Shown here: positions 17,499 to 27,396 of the stretch, in pieces
How positions within the stretch are numbered: the stretch's first letter is position 1
Layout: the number at the start of each line of letters is the position of its first letter
Assembly: GCA_021296415.1 (NCBI GenBank)
Contig: JAGWAL010000012.1
Span: 1-55,093, forward strand
DNA length: 55,093 nt
Origin: Acidimicrobiia bacterium
GTDB taxonomy: Bacteria; Actinomycetota; Acidimicrobiia; Acidimicrobiales; CATQHL01
Direction: 5' to 3'
Notes under the pieces: generated by a model
What the model was told of the DNA's origin: nothing
Seen by the model: the letters and a program-made list of their open reading frames with translations, nothing else
The model's database searches: none
Position numbers and translations under genes: made by a program

Positions 17499-20400
17499 GT
17501 GGGGACTGTCTCGGGACGCGGTGAGAGATTCGCACACCTGCACGTCCACACCGAGTACTCGATGCTCGACGGCGCGGCGCGCGTCGATGAGCTGGTGAAG
17601 GCGGCGGCAGCGGACCGCCAGCCGGCGCTCGGGATCACCGATCACGGGAACATGTACGGGATCGTCCCGTTCTACAAGGCCTGCCGGGACGGAGGGGTCA
17701 AGCCGATCCTGGGCATCGAGGCCTACCTGGCTCACGAGGACCGCCGCGAGCGGCCGGCCCGCCGGGGGCGGCTGGACGACAGCGGCGGCGAGACGGCCAC
17801 CGGGCACAAGCTGTACTACCACCTGACCCTGCTGGCGGAGAACGGGGCCGGGTACCGGAACCTCGTCCAGATCGCAAGCCGGGCGTTCCTGGAGGGCTAC
17901 TACTACAAGCCCAAGGTGGACTGGGAGGTGCTCTCGGAGCATGCGGAGGGCATCCTGGCAACCACGGGGTGTCTTGGGAGCCACGTCTGCCAGGCGCTGC
18001 TGCAGGACGACTTCTCGTCGGCACTGGCCTACGCGGGTCGCCTACGGGACATATTCGGGCCGGCCGGCACGTTCGTCGAACTCCAGGATCACGGCATCGC
18101 CGCCCAGAAGCGGATTATGCCGCAGCTCCTGGAGATCGCGGGACGGCTGGACATCCCGCTGCTGGCCACGAACGACAGCCACTACACGAATCGCGCCGAC
18201 TCCGTGGCCCACGACGCCTTGCTGTGCGTGCAAACCGGGAGCGTCCGCAGCGACCCCAACCGGTTCCACTTCGAGGGTGACGAGCACTACCTCAAGACGG
18301 CGCGGGAGATGCGAGCGCTGTTCTCCGAGTTGCCGGCGGCCTGCGACAGCACGTTGGACATCGCCGAGCGCTGCAACGTCGAGATCACCTTCGGCGACAT
18401 CAAGCTGCCTCCCTTCCCGGTACCGGAGGGGTTCGAGTCCGCCGACGCGTATCTCGAGCACCTGACGCTGGAGGGCGCGCGGCACCGTTGGGGGGAGCGG
18501 TTGCCGGAGGCCACCGCCGACCGGCTGGCCTACGAGTTGCAGGTCATCCGCACCATGGGCTTCGCCTCGTACTTCCTCATCGTCTGGGATCTCATCAGGT
18601 ACGCGCGCTCCGCCGGCATCCGGGTCGGCCCCGGGCGCGGCAGTGCCGCCGGATGCGCCGTCTCGTACTGCCTCGGCATCACGAGCCTCGACCCGTTGCA
18701 CTACGACCTGCTCTTCGAACGGTTCCTCAACCCCGGGCGCCGCCAGATGCCCGACATCGACATGGACTTCGACTCGCGTCACCGGGACGATCTGATCCGC
18801 TACGCCGCCGACCGCTACGGGCGCGACCACGTGGCGCAGATCATCACGTTCTCCACCATCAAGGGGCGTGCCGCGGTGCGCGACGCGGCGCGCGTGCTGG
18901 ATCACCCGTACGCCACCGGCGACCGGATCGCCAAGGCTGTTCCCGAGCCGATCATGGGCCGCACGACCCCGCTGAAGGCGTGCCTGGAGCGCGACAGCGC
19001 CTACAGCGCCGGCTACGAGTTGGCCGGCGACCTGCGCACGATGTACGCCGAGGACCCCCAGGTGCGGGAGGTCGTGGACGTGGCGCTGGGCCTCGAGGGA
19101 CTGCGCCGCCAGGACGGGATCCACGCCGCCGCGGTCGTGATCTCCCCTGATCCCCTCACCGAGCACGTGCCTGTCCAGCGCAAACCCACCGACAAGCAGA
19201 AGGCCGACGAGGCGCCCATCGTCACGCAGTACGACATGGACGCCGTCGAGGAACTCGGCCTGCTCAAGATGGACTTCCTCGGCCTGCGCACCCTCGACGT
19301 CATCACCGACACCGCGGCGCACGTTGCACGGCTGCGTGGCCTCGAACTGGACGTCGACGCACTGGCGCTGGACGACCGGCGCACCTACGAGATGCTCCAG
19401 CGCGGCGATACGACAGGGGTGTTCCAACTGGAGAGCCCGCCCGTGCGCGCCCTGCTGCGATCGCTGTTGCCCAGCAACATCAACGACGTCTCCGCCCTGG
19501 TGGCGCTCTACCGGCCGGGGCCCATGAAGGACAACATGCACATCACCTACGCCGACCGCAAGATGGGGCGGGCGGACGTGGAACTCCTGCACCCCGCCGC
19601 CTCGGAGATCCTCGCCGACACCTACGGACTCATGATCTACCAGGAGTCCATGATGCGGATCGCCCAGCTCTTCGCCGGCTACACCCTCGAGGAGGCCGAC
19701 AACCTGCGGAAGGCGTGCGGCAAGAAGATCCGCCAGAAGATGGCGGAGGAGAAGGAGAAGTTCATCGACGGCTGCGAGGCCACCGGCTACGGCCGGCGCG
19801 TGGGGGAGCAGTGGTGGAACCAGATCGAGCCGTTCGCCGACTACGCCTTCAACAAGAGCCACTCCTACGCCTACGGCCGACCGCCTACCTCAAAGCGAAC
19901 TACCCGGTGGAGTACATGGCCGCGCTCCTCACGAGCGTGCGGGACAAGATGGAGCGCCTCACGCCGTACCTGCTGGACTGCCGCCTGCAGGAGATCGACG
20001 TGGTGGTGCCCGACGTCAACGAGTCGTTCTCGGACTTCACGCCGGTGCTGGACGATGCCTCCCCCGATCGGGGCCGCATCCTCTTCGGGCTCGCGGCGGT
20101 GCGCAACGTCGGCGCCGCCGACGCCGCCCACATCATCGCGGCCCGGTCCGACGGCGGCTCGTTCATTGACTTCGACGATTTCTGCGACCGGGTGGATCCA
20201 TCGGTACTGAACAAGCGCACCGTCGCCTCGCTCATCAAGGCCGGAGCGTTCGACTCGCTGGATCATCCCCGCCAGGGGCTGCTCAACGTGCACGGGCGAA
20301 CGATCGATGCGGCCATGGCGGAGCGGCGCGACCGGGATGCCGGCGTCCTGAGCCTGTTCGGTGACGCCGGGGTGGCGACCGGCTACAACAGCAAACCCGT

Positions 20401-21031
20401 CGTGCCCGACATGCACGCCCCGCGCGAGCGCATGCTGGCCGACGAGAAAGAGATGCTGGGGCTGTACATCAGCGACCACCCCCTCGAGGGCATCGAGCAG
20501 ATCCTCGCACCCAGGAGGGAGCGCAGCGTTGCCGAACTGGTGGAGCTGCCCGACGGCTCGGTCGTCACCGTGGCGGGAGCGATCACGTCGCTGGCGAGGC
20601 GTCAGACCCGCAACGGCGCGCACATGGCCACGTTCACCCTCGACGACCGGACCGGGATGATCCCCGTCACGGTCTTCCCCCGGGCGCTGGAGGCCCAGGA
20701 TGGGTTGCTGGTCGACGAGGCGGTGGTGATCCTGCGCGCCCGTGTCGACCGGCGGGAGGAGGAGCCGAAGCTCATCAGCATCGGACTCGAGGGATTCACG
20801 GCCGAGACCCGCGGCGCGCTGCGCCTGCACTTCCCGACCAACGGCGTGACCGAGGACCGGCTCTCCGCCCTCAAGGCCCTCCTCGGCGAGCACGGGGGTG
20901 ACTCTCCCGTCGAGATCCAGGTGGGCAGGACGTACCTGTTGCAGCTGCCGCAGGAGTACCAGGTCGACACCGAGGCGGGCCTCGTGCCCGAATTGCGCCA
21001 ACTTCTGGGAGTCCACGCCGTGCAGGTCTGA
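17499..21031 (+). CDS. dnaE: DNA polymerase III alpha subunit, frameshifted near 19878 (probably assembly error)
   Basis: HLHVHTEYSMLDG, GPGRGSAAG, MPDIDMDF, GLLKMDFLGL, YAFNKSH; continues in another frame as TAYLKANYP...EKEMLGLYISDHPL and OB fold. Confidence 0.93.
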
Positions 21032-21128
21032 CCGCCGGGACACGTCGGTTTGCGTTCAGGCGCCCGGCACACTGGACTATCGGGGGATGATCGAGGTGGC
21101 CGGATAGCGACTGGACAAGGCGGCGACA

Positions 21129-21800
21129 ATGGCAGTTGAGGTCGAGAGCAGGGATTGCACCGCGGTCAGCGACGCCGAGTTGGAGGCGATGGCCGATCTC
21201 TGCACCGAGGGCCCGAACCCCTTCGCGGTCGGATTCCTCTCCAAGCAGACCGAACTTTGGGTGCTTCTGACCGAGGCACGTGAGGGGAGCCGCCTGCGCG
21301 GCTTCGTGTTCTCCACGCTGGAACGCATCGGCGGGACGCCGGTCGTGATCCTCGGGGCCGGCACGGTGGCGCGCATCTCCCGGCGCAGCACGGTCCTGCA
21401 GGCCCTCGTGGCCGAGCAGCTCCATCGTGCCGTGATGGCCTTTCCCGACGAGGACGTGCTGATGGGTCTCCGCATGAACGATCCCTCCACGTTCGAAGTG
21501 TTCAAGGTGCTGAGCAATGTCATCCCCCGCCCCGGCCACATCGCCAACGGCGAGGAGCGGGCCTGGGGCAGGCGACTCGCCAAGCGCTACCGGATCGGCA
21601 ACAGCGCCTACGATCCGCGCTCGTTCATCGCAACGGGCGACGGCGGGCAACCGGCCGTGCTCGACTACGAGACCCTGCGGCCGGAGCGAACCGACCCCGC
21701 CCTCGGTGACCTCATGGGGCCGCTGGAGCGCGGCCGGGGCGATTCGCTGGTGGCCGTCGCCTGGGCCACAGCCGGTCGCTTGGAGAAGTACCGGGACTGA
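21129..21800 (+). CDS. hypothetical protein, possibly GNAT-like fold
   Basis: 223-aa ORF with host-like codon usage; alternating strand/helix pattern, no motif firmly recognised. Confidence 0.7.
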   Translation: MAVEVESRDCTAVSDAELEAMADLCTEGPNPFAVGFLSKQTELWVLLTEAREGSRLRGFVFSTLERIGGTPVVILGAGTVARISRRSTVLQALVAEQLHRAVMAFPDEDVLMGLRMNDPSTFEVFKVLSNVIPRPGHIANGEERAWGRRLAKRYRIGNSAYDPRSFIATGDGGQPAVLDYETLRPERTDPALGDLMGPLERGRGDSLVAVAWATAGRLEKYRD

Positions 21801-21844
21801 GCCTCTCCGGCGCTCGCACGAGCTCTCGGGCAGGGCGGGCACTC

Positions 21845-22468
21845 GTGGAACTGAGCGAGGTCATCCGCGCCCGCCGGATGACCAGGAACTTCGACCCGCG
21901 GCCACTCGAGCGATCCCTGCTGGAGGAGTTGTGCACCCTGGCGCGGCGGGCACCCTCGGCGGGTTTCGCGCAGGGCGCCGAACTGATCATCCTGGACGGG
22001 CCGGAGACGCGGGGGAGATTCTGGGAACTGACGCTTCCCGTTCCCGAGCGGGCGGGCTTCGCCTGGCCCGGACTGCTGCGCGCGCCCGCGCTGGTCCTTC
22101 CCGCAGCCGACAGCCGCCGCTACCTGGCCCGCTACCGCGAGCCGGACAAGGCTGGGGACCCGGCGCGTCGCCTGGGGGAGAGCACCCGGGCCTGGCCGGT
22201 GCCCTACTGGTTGGTGGACTGCGCCTTCGTCGTGCAGAACCTCCTGCTCGCCGCGACCGATCGCGGGCTGGGCGCGCTGTTCTTCGGCCTCTTCCGGGGC
22301 GCGCAGGAGGTGCGCGATTGGCTGCAGGTGCCCGAGGGCGTCGAACTGCTGGGCGCCGTGGCACTGGGTTGGCCGGCGGCCGACCGCCCCAGCAACTCCG
22401 TGGCGCGCGGCTGGCGCGACCCGGCCGCGGTCCTGCACTGGGGCGGCTGGGACGCCGGGCGGGGATAG
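21845..22468 (+). CDS. nitroreductase family protein
   Basis: IRARRMTRNF, RAPSAG, QNLLLAA..GLGALFFG motifs. Confidence 0.88.
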   Translation: MELSEVIRARRMTRNFDPRPLERSLLEELCTLARRAPSAGFAQGAELIILDGPETRGRFWELTLPVPERAGFAWPGLLRAPALVLPAADSRRYLARYREPDKAGDPARRLGESTRAWPVPYWLVDCAFVVQNLLLAATDRGLGALFFGLFRGAQEVRDWLQVPEGVELLGAVALGWPAADRPSNSVARGWRDPAAVLHWGGWDAGRG

Positions 22469-22502
22469 GGTGCCCGTCGAGGTCGCGACGGTGGGAGGTG
22501 CG

Positions 22503-22907
22503 ATGGCCGGCGAACGGATTCCCCTGGTCGGCTACCTCGTCCTCGAACCCCAGCCGCATCTGGTGGCGAACGAGTGCGAGAGTTGCCGTGCCCGCTTCTT
22601 CGATCGCCGCAATGCCTGCGGGTCCTGCGGGGGGCGCAGCTTCGCGCCCGCTCCGATCGCCACGACGGGGCATCTGCGAGCCTTCTCGATCGTGCACCGG
22701 GCCGACCCCGGGGTCCGGGTGCCGTTCGTCTCGGCGATCGTGGAGACCGTCGACGGCACCACGGTTCGTGCCAATCTCGTCGAGGTGTCGCCCGACCCCG
22801 ACGGCGTGCGGCTGGGCATGCCGGTCCGCCTCGTCACCTATCCGGTCGGGATCGACAGCGAGGGCACCGAGTGCATCGCCTTCGCCTTCGCCCCGGTCGC
22901 GGCGTGA
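22503..22907 (+). CDS. DUF35 Zn-ribbon/OB-fold protein (thiolase partner)
   Basis: CESC...CGSC zinc ribbon followed by OB fold (GMPV); upstream of a thiolase. Confidence 0.85.
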   Translation: MAGERIPLVGYLVLEPQPHLVANECESCRARFFDRRNACGSCGGRSFAPAPIATTGHLRAFSIVHRADPGVRVPFVSAIVETVDGTTVRANLVEVSPDPDGVRLGMPVRLVTYPVGIDSEGTECIAFAFAPVAA

Positions 22908-22995
22908 GCCGGAGACCGCCGATGCCGGCGACCGGCGGTTCGCGTCCCGAAGGCGGGACAGGACGATCGCGTCAACCCTGTGAGAGGAGCCACCA

Positions 22996-24201
22996 ATGAC
23001 CGAGAGTGTCTGGATCCTGGGTACCGCCATGACCCGTTTCGGCCGCCACGAGATGCTCGACCTCGTGGATCTGGCCTCCGAGGCGGCTCTCGGGGCACTC
23101 GACGACGGCGGAGTGAGCGTCAACGACCTCGACGTGCTGGCCTGCGGCTCGCTGTTCTCCGCCAACGCCGGCGTGGGCCAGCAGCTCCTCGGGCAGATCG
23201 GCCAGACGGGCATCAGCATCTACAACGTGGCCAATGCCTGCGCCACCGGGGCCACGGCCATCCGTGTGGCGCTCATGGCGATCCGCTCGGGGGAGGCGTC
23301 CATGGCGATGGCCGTCGGGGTGGAGAAGATGGGCAAGATGGGGTTGCTGACCAGTTCCCCCAAGGGCAGCAAGGCAGCCGAGGTGTTCGAGCCGTCCGGG
23401 CGGTTCGGGTCGGTCCGGTCGGTCGACGGCATCCTCGGCACCAAGACGATGCCGGGAGTCTTCGGCCAGGCGGGCATGCGCTACGCGCACGACCACGACG
23501 GCGTGGGTTTCGACCAGTTCGCCCGGATCGCCCACAAGAACCACCTGCACTCCACCCTGAACCCGCTGGCGCAGTACCAGAAGAAGTTCAGCCTCGCCGA
23601 GATCAAGGCGGCGCCGATGATGGCCTACCCCAACACGCTGCTGATGTGCTGCCCAACCGGCGACGGCGCGGCGGCCGGTGTGCTCGTGAGCGGGGAGCGA
23701 CTCCGGACGCTGTCCGCGTCCCAGCGCCGCCGGGCCGTGAAGATCTCCGCCTCGGTGCTCACGAGTGACCCCTACGTGGAGGGCGGGCAGGTGCAGCCCG
23801 ACGTGAACACCCTCACCCGCAACGCCGCGGACGCGGCCTACGAGCAGGCGGGCGTGGGTCCCGAGGACCTCGATCTGGTGGAGCTGCACGACTGCTTCGC
23901 CTCGGCCGAGCTCATCCACTACGACAACCTGCGGCTGTGCGAGCCCGGAGGAGCCGGGGACTTCATCGACTCGGGCGCTCCGTACCGTGACGGCTCCGTG
24001 CCGGTGAACGTGTCGGGGGGCCTCATCTCCAAGGGGCACCCCATCGGCGCCACCGGTGTGGCGAACATCTACGAGATCGCCACCCACCTGCGGGACGAGG
24101 CCGGCGATCGCCAGATCCCCGGGGCCCGGGTGGGTCTGGCGCACGTCATCGGCCTGGGGTCCTCCTGCGGCGTGCACATCCTGGAGCGGTCAGCCGCCTG
24201 A
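22996..24201 (+). CDS. SCP2-type thiolase family protein
   Basis: NACATG nucleophile, ELHDCF, KGHPIGATG motifs. Confidence 0.9.
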   Translation: MTESVWILGTAMTRFGRHEMLDLVDLASEAALGALDDGGVSVNDLDVLACGSLFSANAGVGQQLLGQIGQTGISIYNVANACATGATAIRVALMAIRSGEASMAMAVGVEKMGKMGLLTSSPKGSKAAEVFEPSGRFGSVRSVDGILGTKTMPGVFGQAGMRYAHDHDGVGFDQFARIAHKNHLHSTLNPLAQYQKKFSLAEIKAAPMMAYPNTLLMCCPTGDGAAAGVLVSGERLRTLSASQRRRAVKISASVLTSDPYVEGGQVQPDVNTLTRNAADAAYEQAGVGPEDLDLVELHDCFASAELIHYDNLRLCEPGGAGDFIDSGAPYRDGSVPVNVSGGLISKGHPIGATGVANIYEIATHLRDEAGDRQIPGARVGLAHVIGLGSSCGVHILERSAA

Positions 24202-24212
24202 GCCGCCGGCCC

Positions 24213-24281
24213 GCGCGTGCCGGTCGGCCCCCCGGCCCCCTCCCTCGGTTGATGGCGCGTGCCGGTTCATGGCGCGTGCCG
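24213..24281. repeat. intergenic repeat patch: three GCGCGTGCCG copies plus a 24-mer shared with 17358-17381
   Basis: Direct reading; lies between the convergent thiolase and yyaL genes. Confidence 0.7.
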
Positions 24282-24295
24282 CTCGGAGGCCGGGC

Positions 24296-26296
24296 TCAGG
24301 CGGCGTCGCGGAGGCGGTCTCTCAGTTCGCCGACGTCGCTGGTGGGGGCTTCGCAGACGTAGCCCCGGCACACGTAGGCGGCGCCGTCCGGGCGCTGGGC
24401 CCACAGCGGTGAGTCGTACGGCTCGCCCCAGGCCAGCACGGCGTTGGGCAGCCACTGCCGGTGGACGACCTCGGTGAGGTCGGGGCGATCGCCGGTGATA
24501 ACGATCTCGGTGGCGCCGGCGGCGTGCAGGTCCAGGGCGCACAGCAGGTTGCCGAAGGCGCTGGGATGCTGGCCGGCCAGCGGTCCCAGTAGGCCCAGGA
24601 TGGCCTCCGCCCGCTCGTGGTACTCCGAGGCTCCCGCGAGGGCTCCCAGCCGGAGCAGGCCGAGCGCGGCGGCGCTGTTCGCCGACGGGGTGGCGTTGTC
24701 GAACAGGTCCCGGGGGGTCGCCACGAGCGGCTCGGCGTCACGCCCGCAGGTCAGCAGCCCGCCGCCCTCGGGATCCCAGAACAACTCCAGCAGGTCGTCC
24801 GCGGTGCGGCGGGCCTCGGCGATCCAGCGCGCGGCTCCGGTCGCCTCACCCAGGCGGCAGAAGGCGTCGAGCATGGCGGCGTAGTCGGCGGCGCAGGCCA
24901 GGTGGCGGGCTTCTGCGGGGCGAGTGGCGTCGCCTGCCTGCCAGGACCGCAGCCAGCGGCCGTCGGGCCGTCGCAGGTTGGCGGTCACGAACTCCCCGCA
25001 GGCCACGGCCGCCGCCAGCCAGTCGGCGTTGCCGGTGGCGGTGGCGGCGACGGCCAGTGCGGACATCGCCAGACCGTTCCACTCGGTGAGCACCTTGTCG
25101 TCGAGGCCGGGGCGCACCCGCTCCGAGCGAGCCCCGAACAGCGCCCGGCGTGCCTCTTCCACCTCCGGCGGCCGCAGGAGGTCGCCGCGTACCGGCCGCC
25201 AGAGGATGTTGGCACCCTCGAAGTTGCCCTCGGCGGTGGCTCCGTACCAGTCGATGGCCGCCTCGGCGGCGTCCCCCGCGGCGGAGCGGATCTCGTCGAT
25301 GCTCCAGACGTAGAACTTGCCCTCGACGCCCTCGGAGTCGGCATCCTCGGCGGAGGCGAAGCCGCCGCCGGCCAGGCGCAGATCGCGCAGCAGGTACCCG
25401 ACGGTCTCATCGACCACCCGGCGGTAGCGGGCCTTGCCGGTGGCCTGCCAGGCCCGGGTGTAGAGCCCGAGGAGCAGGGCGTTGTCGTAGAGCATCTTCT
25501 CGAAGTGCGGTACCAGCCAGCGTTGGTCGGTGGCGTAGCGCGAGAAGCCGCCGCCCAGGTGGTCGTAGATCCCGCCCGAGGCCATGCAGTCCAGACTGTT
25601 GACCACCATCGCCAGTACGTCGTCGTCGCCGGCATTGCGCCAGTGGCGCAGGAGCGCCTCGAGGGTCATGGCCTGCGGGAACTTGGGGGCGTGGCCGAAG
25701 CCGCCCCAGGCGGCGTCGTACTGGGGCCGCAGCGCCGCTGCCGCCCGAGCCAGGATCTCACCCTCCGGCGGGCCACCGCCCGACGCCAGTGGCAATCGAG
25801 CGGAACGGTCGAGCGCCTCGGTGATGCGCCGCGCCTGGTCCTGCACGTCGCTGCGGCGGTCCTCCCAGGCCTCGTGCACCCGCTGGAGCACGTCGCTGAA
25901 GGACGGCATGCCTTGGCGGGAGGTGGGGGGGAAGTAGGTGCCGGCGAAGAACGGCTCACCCTCCGGCGTCAGGAAGACGGTCATCGGCCAGCCACCGTGC
26001 CCCGTGAGTGACGTGACCGCCTCCATGTAGAGCGAGTCCACGTCGGGGCGCTCCTCGCGATCCACCTTGACGTTCACGAACAGCCGGTTCATGCGTTCCG
26101 CCGTGGCGGGATCCTCGAAGGATTCGTGCGCCATGACATGGCACCAGTGGCACGACGAGTACCCCACCGAGAGCAGCACCGGCTTGCCGGAGCGGCGGGC
26201 CTCATCGAAGGCCTCGGTTCCCCAGGGGTACCAATCCACCGGGTTGTCGGCGTGCTGGCGCAGGTAAGGGCTGCCCTCGGTGGCGAGGCGGTTCAC
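24296..26296 (-). CDS. thioredoxin-domain protein YyaL/SSP411 (DUF255)
   Basis: [43 protein letters not shown] motifs; TATGCT-N6-GTG start. Confidence 0.92.
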   Translation of the reverse strand: MNRLATEGSPYLRQHADNPVDWYPWGTEAFDEARRSGKPVLLSVGYSSCHWCHVMAHESFEDPATAERMNRLFVNVKVDREERPDVDSLYMEAVTSLTGHGGWPMTVFLTPEGEPFFAGTYFPPTSRQGMPSFSDVLQRVHEAWEDRRSDVQDQARRITEALDRSARLPLASGGGPPEGEILARAAAALRPQYDAAWGGFGHAPKFPQAMTLEALLRHWRNAGDDDVLAMVVNSLDCMASGGIYDHLGGGFSRYATDQRWLVPHFEKMLYDNALLLGLYTRAWQATGKARYRRVVDETVGYLLRDLRLAGGGFASAEDADSEGVEGKFYVWSIDEIRSAAGDAAEAAIDWYGATAEGNFEGANILWRPVRGDLLRPPEVEEARRALFGARSERVRPGLDDKVLTEWNGLAMSALAVAATATGNADWLAAAVACGEFVTANLRRPDGRWLRSWQAGDATRPAEARHLACAADYAAMLDAFCRLGEATGAARWIAEARRTADDLLELFWDPEGGGLLTCGRDAEPLVATPRDLFDNATPSANSAAALGLLRLGALAGASEYHERAEAILGLLGPLAGQHPSAFGNLLCALDLHAAGATEIVITGDRPDLTEVVHRQWLPNAVLAWGEPYDSPLWAQRPDGAAYVCRGYVCEAPTSDVGELRDRLRDAA

Positions 26297-26421
26297 GCGC
26301 CGAGCATAGGGGTCGCGGGCGGCTGGCCTGCGACGAGCCCCGCTGAGCGCAACGAGAGGCGTCGTCGGCTCGCCGAGCCGGTTGCAACGGGCGAGACCTG
26401 CGGTCCGGTAGCGTCCCGGGC

Positions 26422-27396
26422 GTGACGCGGGTGCGGGAGTGGGTCGCCGGAGCGAGGCCGCGCACGCTGCCTGCCTCGCTGGCGCCGGTCCTCGCCGGCA
26501 CGGCTGCAGCTGCCCGACCAGGCTTCGGGTGGGGTCAGGGCCTGATCTGGTGGCGCCTGGCAATGGCACTCGTGGTGGCACTGGCCCTGCAGGTGGGCGT
26601 GAACTACGCCAACGACTACAGCGACGGCGTGCGCGGCACCGACGACGAGCGGCGGGTTGGTCCGAGGCGTCTCGTTGGCTCCGGTCTCGCCGCTCCGGAG
26701 GCCGTGCGCCGCGCCGCGGCGGTTGCCGGCCTCGTGGCGGGAGGCGCCGGATTGGCGCTCGCCGCGGCCGCCGGCTGGGAGCTGGTGATCGTCGGTGCCG
26801 CGTGTCTCGCAGCCGGCTGGTTCTACTCCGGCGGCCGCCGTCCGTACGGGTACCGCGGCTGGGGCGAGGTGGCGGTCTTCATCTTCTTCGGCCTCGTGGC
26901 AGCGGTCGGCAGTGCCTACGTGCAACTGGAGGCGATCACGGCCCGCAGTGTCTGGGTGGGAGTGGGCTGCGGCTGTCTGAGCTGCGCATTGCTGGTCGTC
27001 AACAACCTGCGCGACATCGAGGGTGACGCCGCCGTCGGGAAGCGCACCCTGGCCGTCCGCCTGGGCGCGGCGCCCACGCGGCTGCTGTACGCCGTGCTGG
27101 TGCTGGGGGGTTTCGCGGCCCTGGCACCGCTCACCGCCGATGTCAGCTGGCCACCGCGGGGGTTGCTGGCCGATTCGCCCGTCGACCCCATCGAGTTGGC
27201 GCAGCTGAGCGCCGGGGAGCCCTGGCCACTGCTGGGCCTGGCCGCTGTTCCCCTGGCAGTCGTGCCGCTGCGAAGGGTTCTCCGCGGTGACCGGGGCGTC
27301 GATCTCATCGACGTGCTGGCCGCCACCGGCCGCCTGCTGGCCGCCTACGGCCTCACGATCGCCGCCGGCCTGTGGGTGGCGGCGGTCTTGGCGTAA
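26422..27396 (+). CDS. menA: 1,4-dihydroxy-2-naphthoate polyprenyltransferase
   Basis: [30 protein letters not shown]...GKRTLAV motifs. Confidence 0.92.
   Translation: MTRVREWVAGARPRTLPASLAPVLAGTAAAARPGFGWGQGLIWWRLAMALVVALALQVGVNYANDYSDGVRGTDDERRVGPRRLVGSGLAAPEAVRRAAAVAGLVAGGAGLALAAAAGWELVIVGAACLAAGWFYSGGRRPYGYRGWGEVAVFIFFGLVAAVGSAYVQLEAITARSVWVGVGCGCLSCALLVVNNLRDIEGDAAVGKRTLAVRLGAAPTRLLYAVLVLGGFAALAPLTADVSWPPRGLLADSPVDPIELAQLSAGEPWPLLGLAAVPLAVVPLRRVLRGDRGVDLIDVLAATGRLLAAYGLTIAAGLWVAAVLA

Noticed and set aside
3549-19862. Very long antisense or alternate-frame ORFs (for example 3549-5459, 5788-8526, 10508-13408, 11017-14517, 18042-19862)
   Set aside because: They are shadows of real high-GC genes, overlap them fully and show no family motifs.
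19830-19920. Split-intein dnaE or programmed frameshift
   Set aside because: The break is near the cyanobacterial split site, but there are no intein motifs or slippery sequence, and conserved residues are simply missing.
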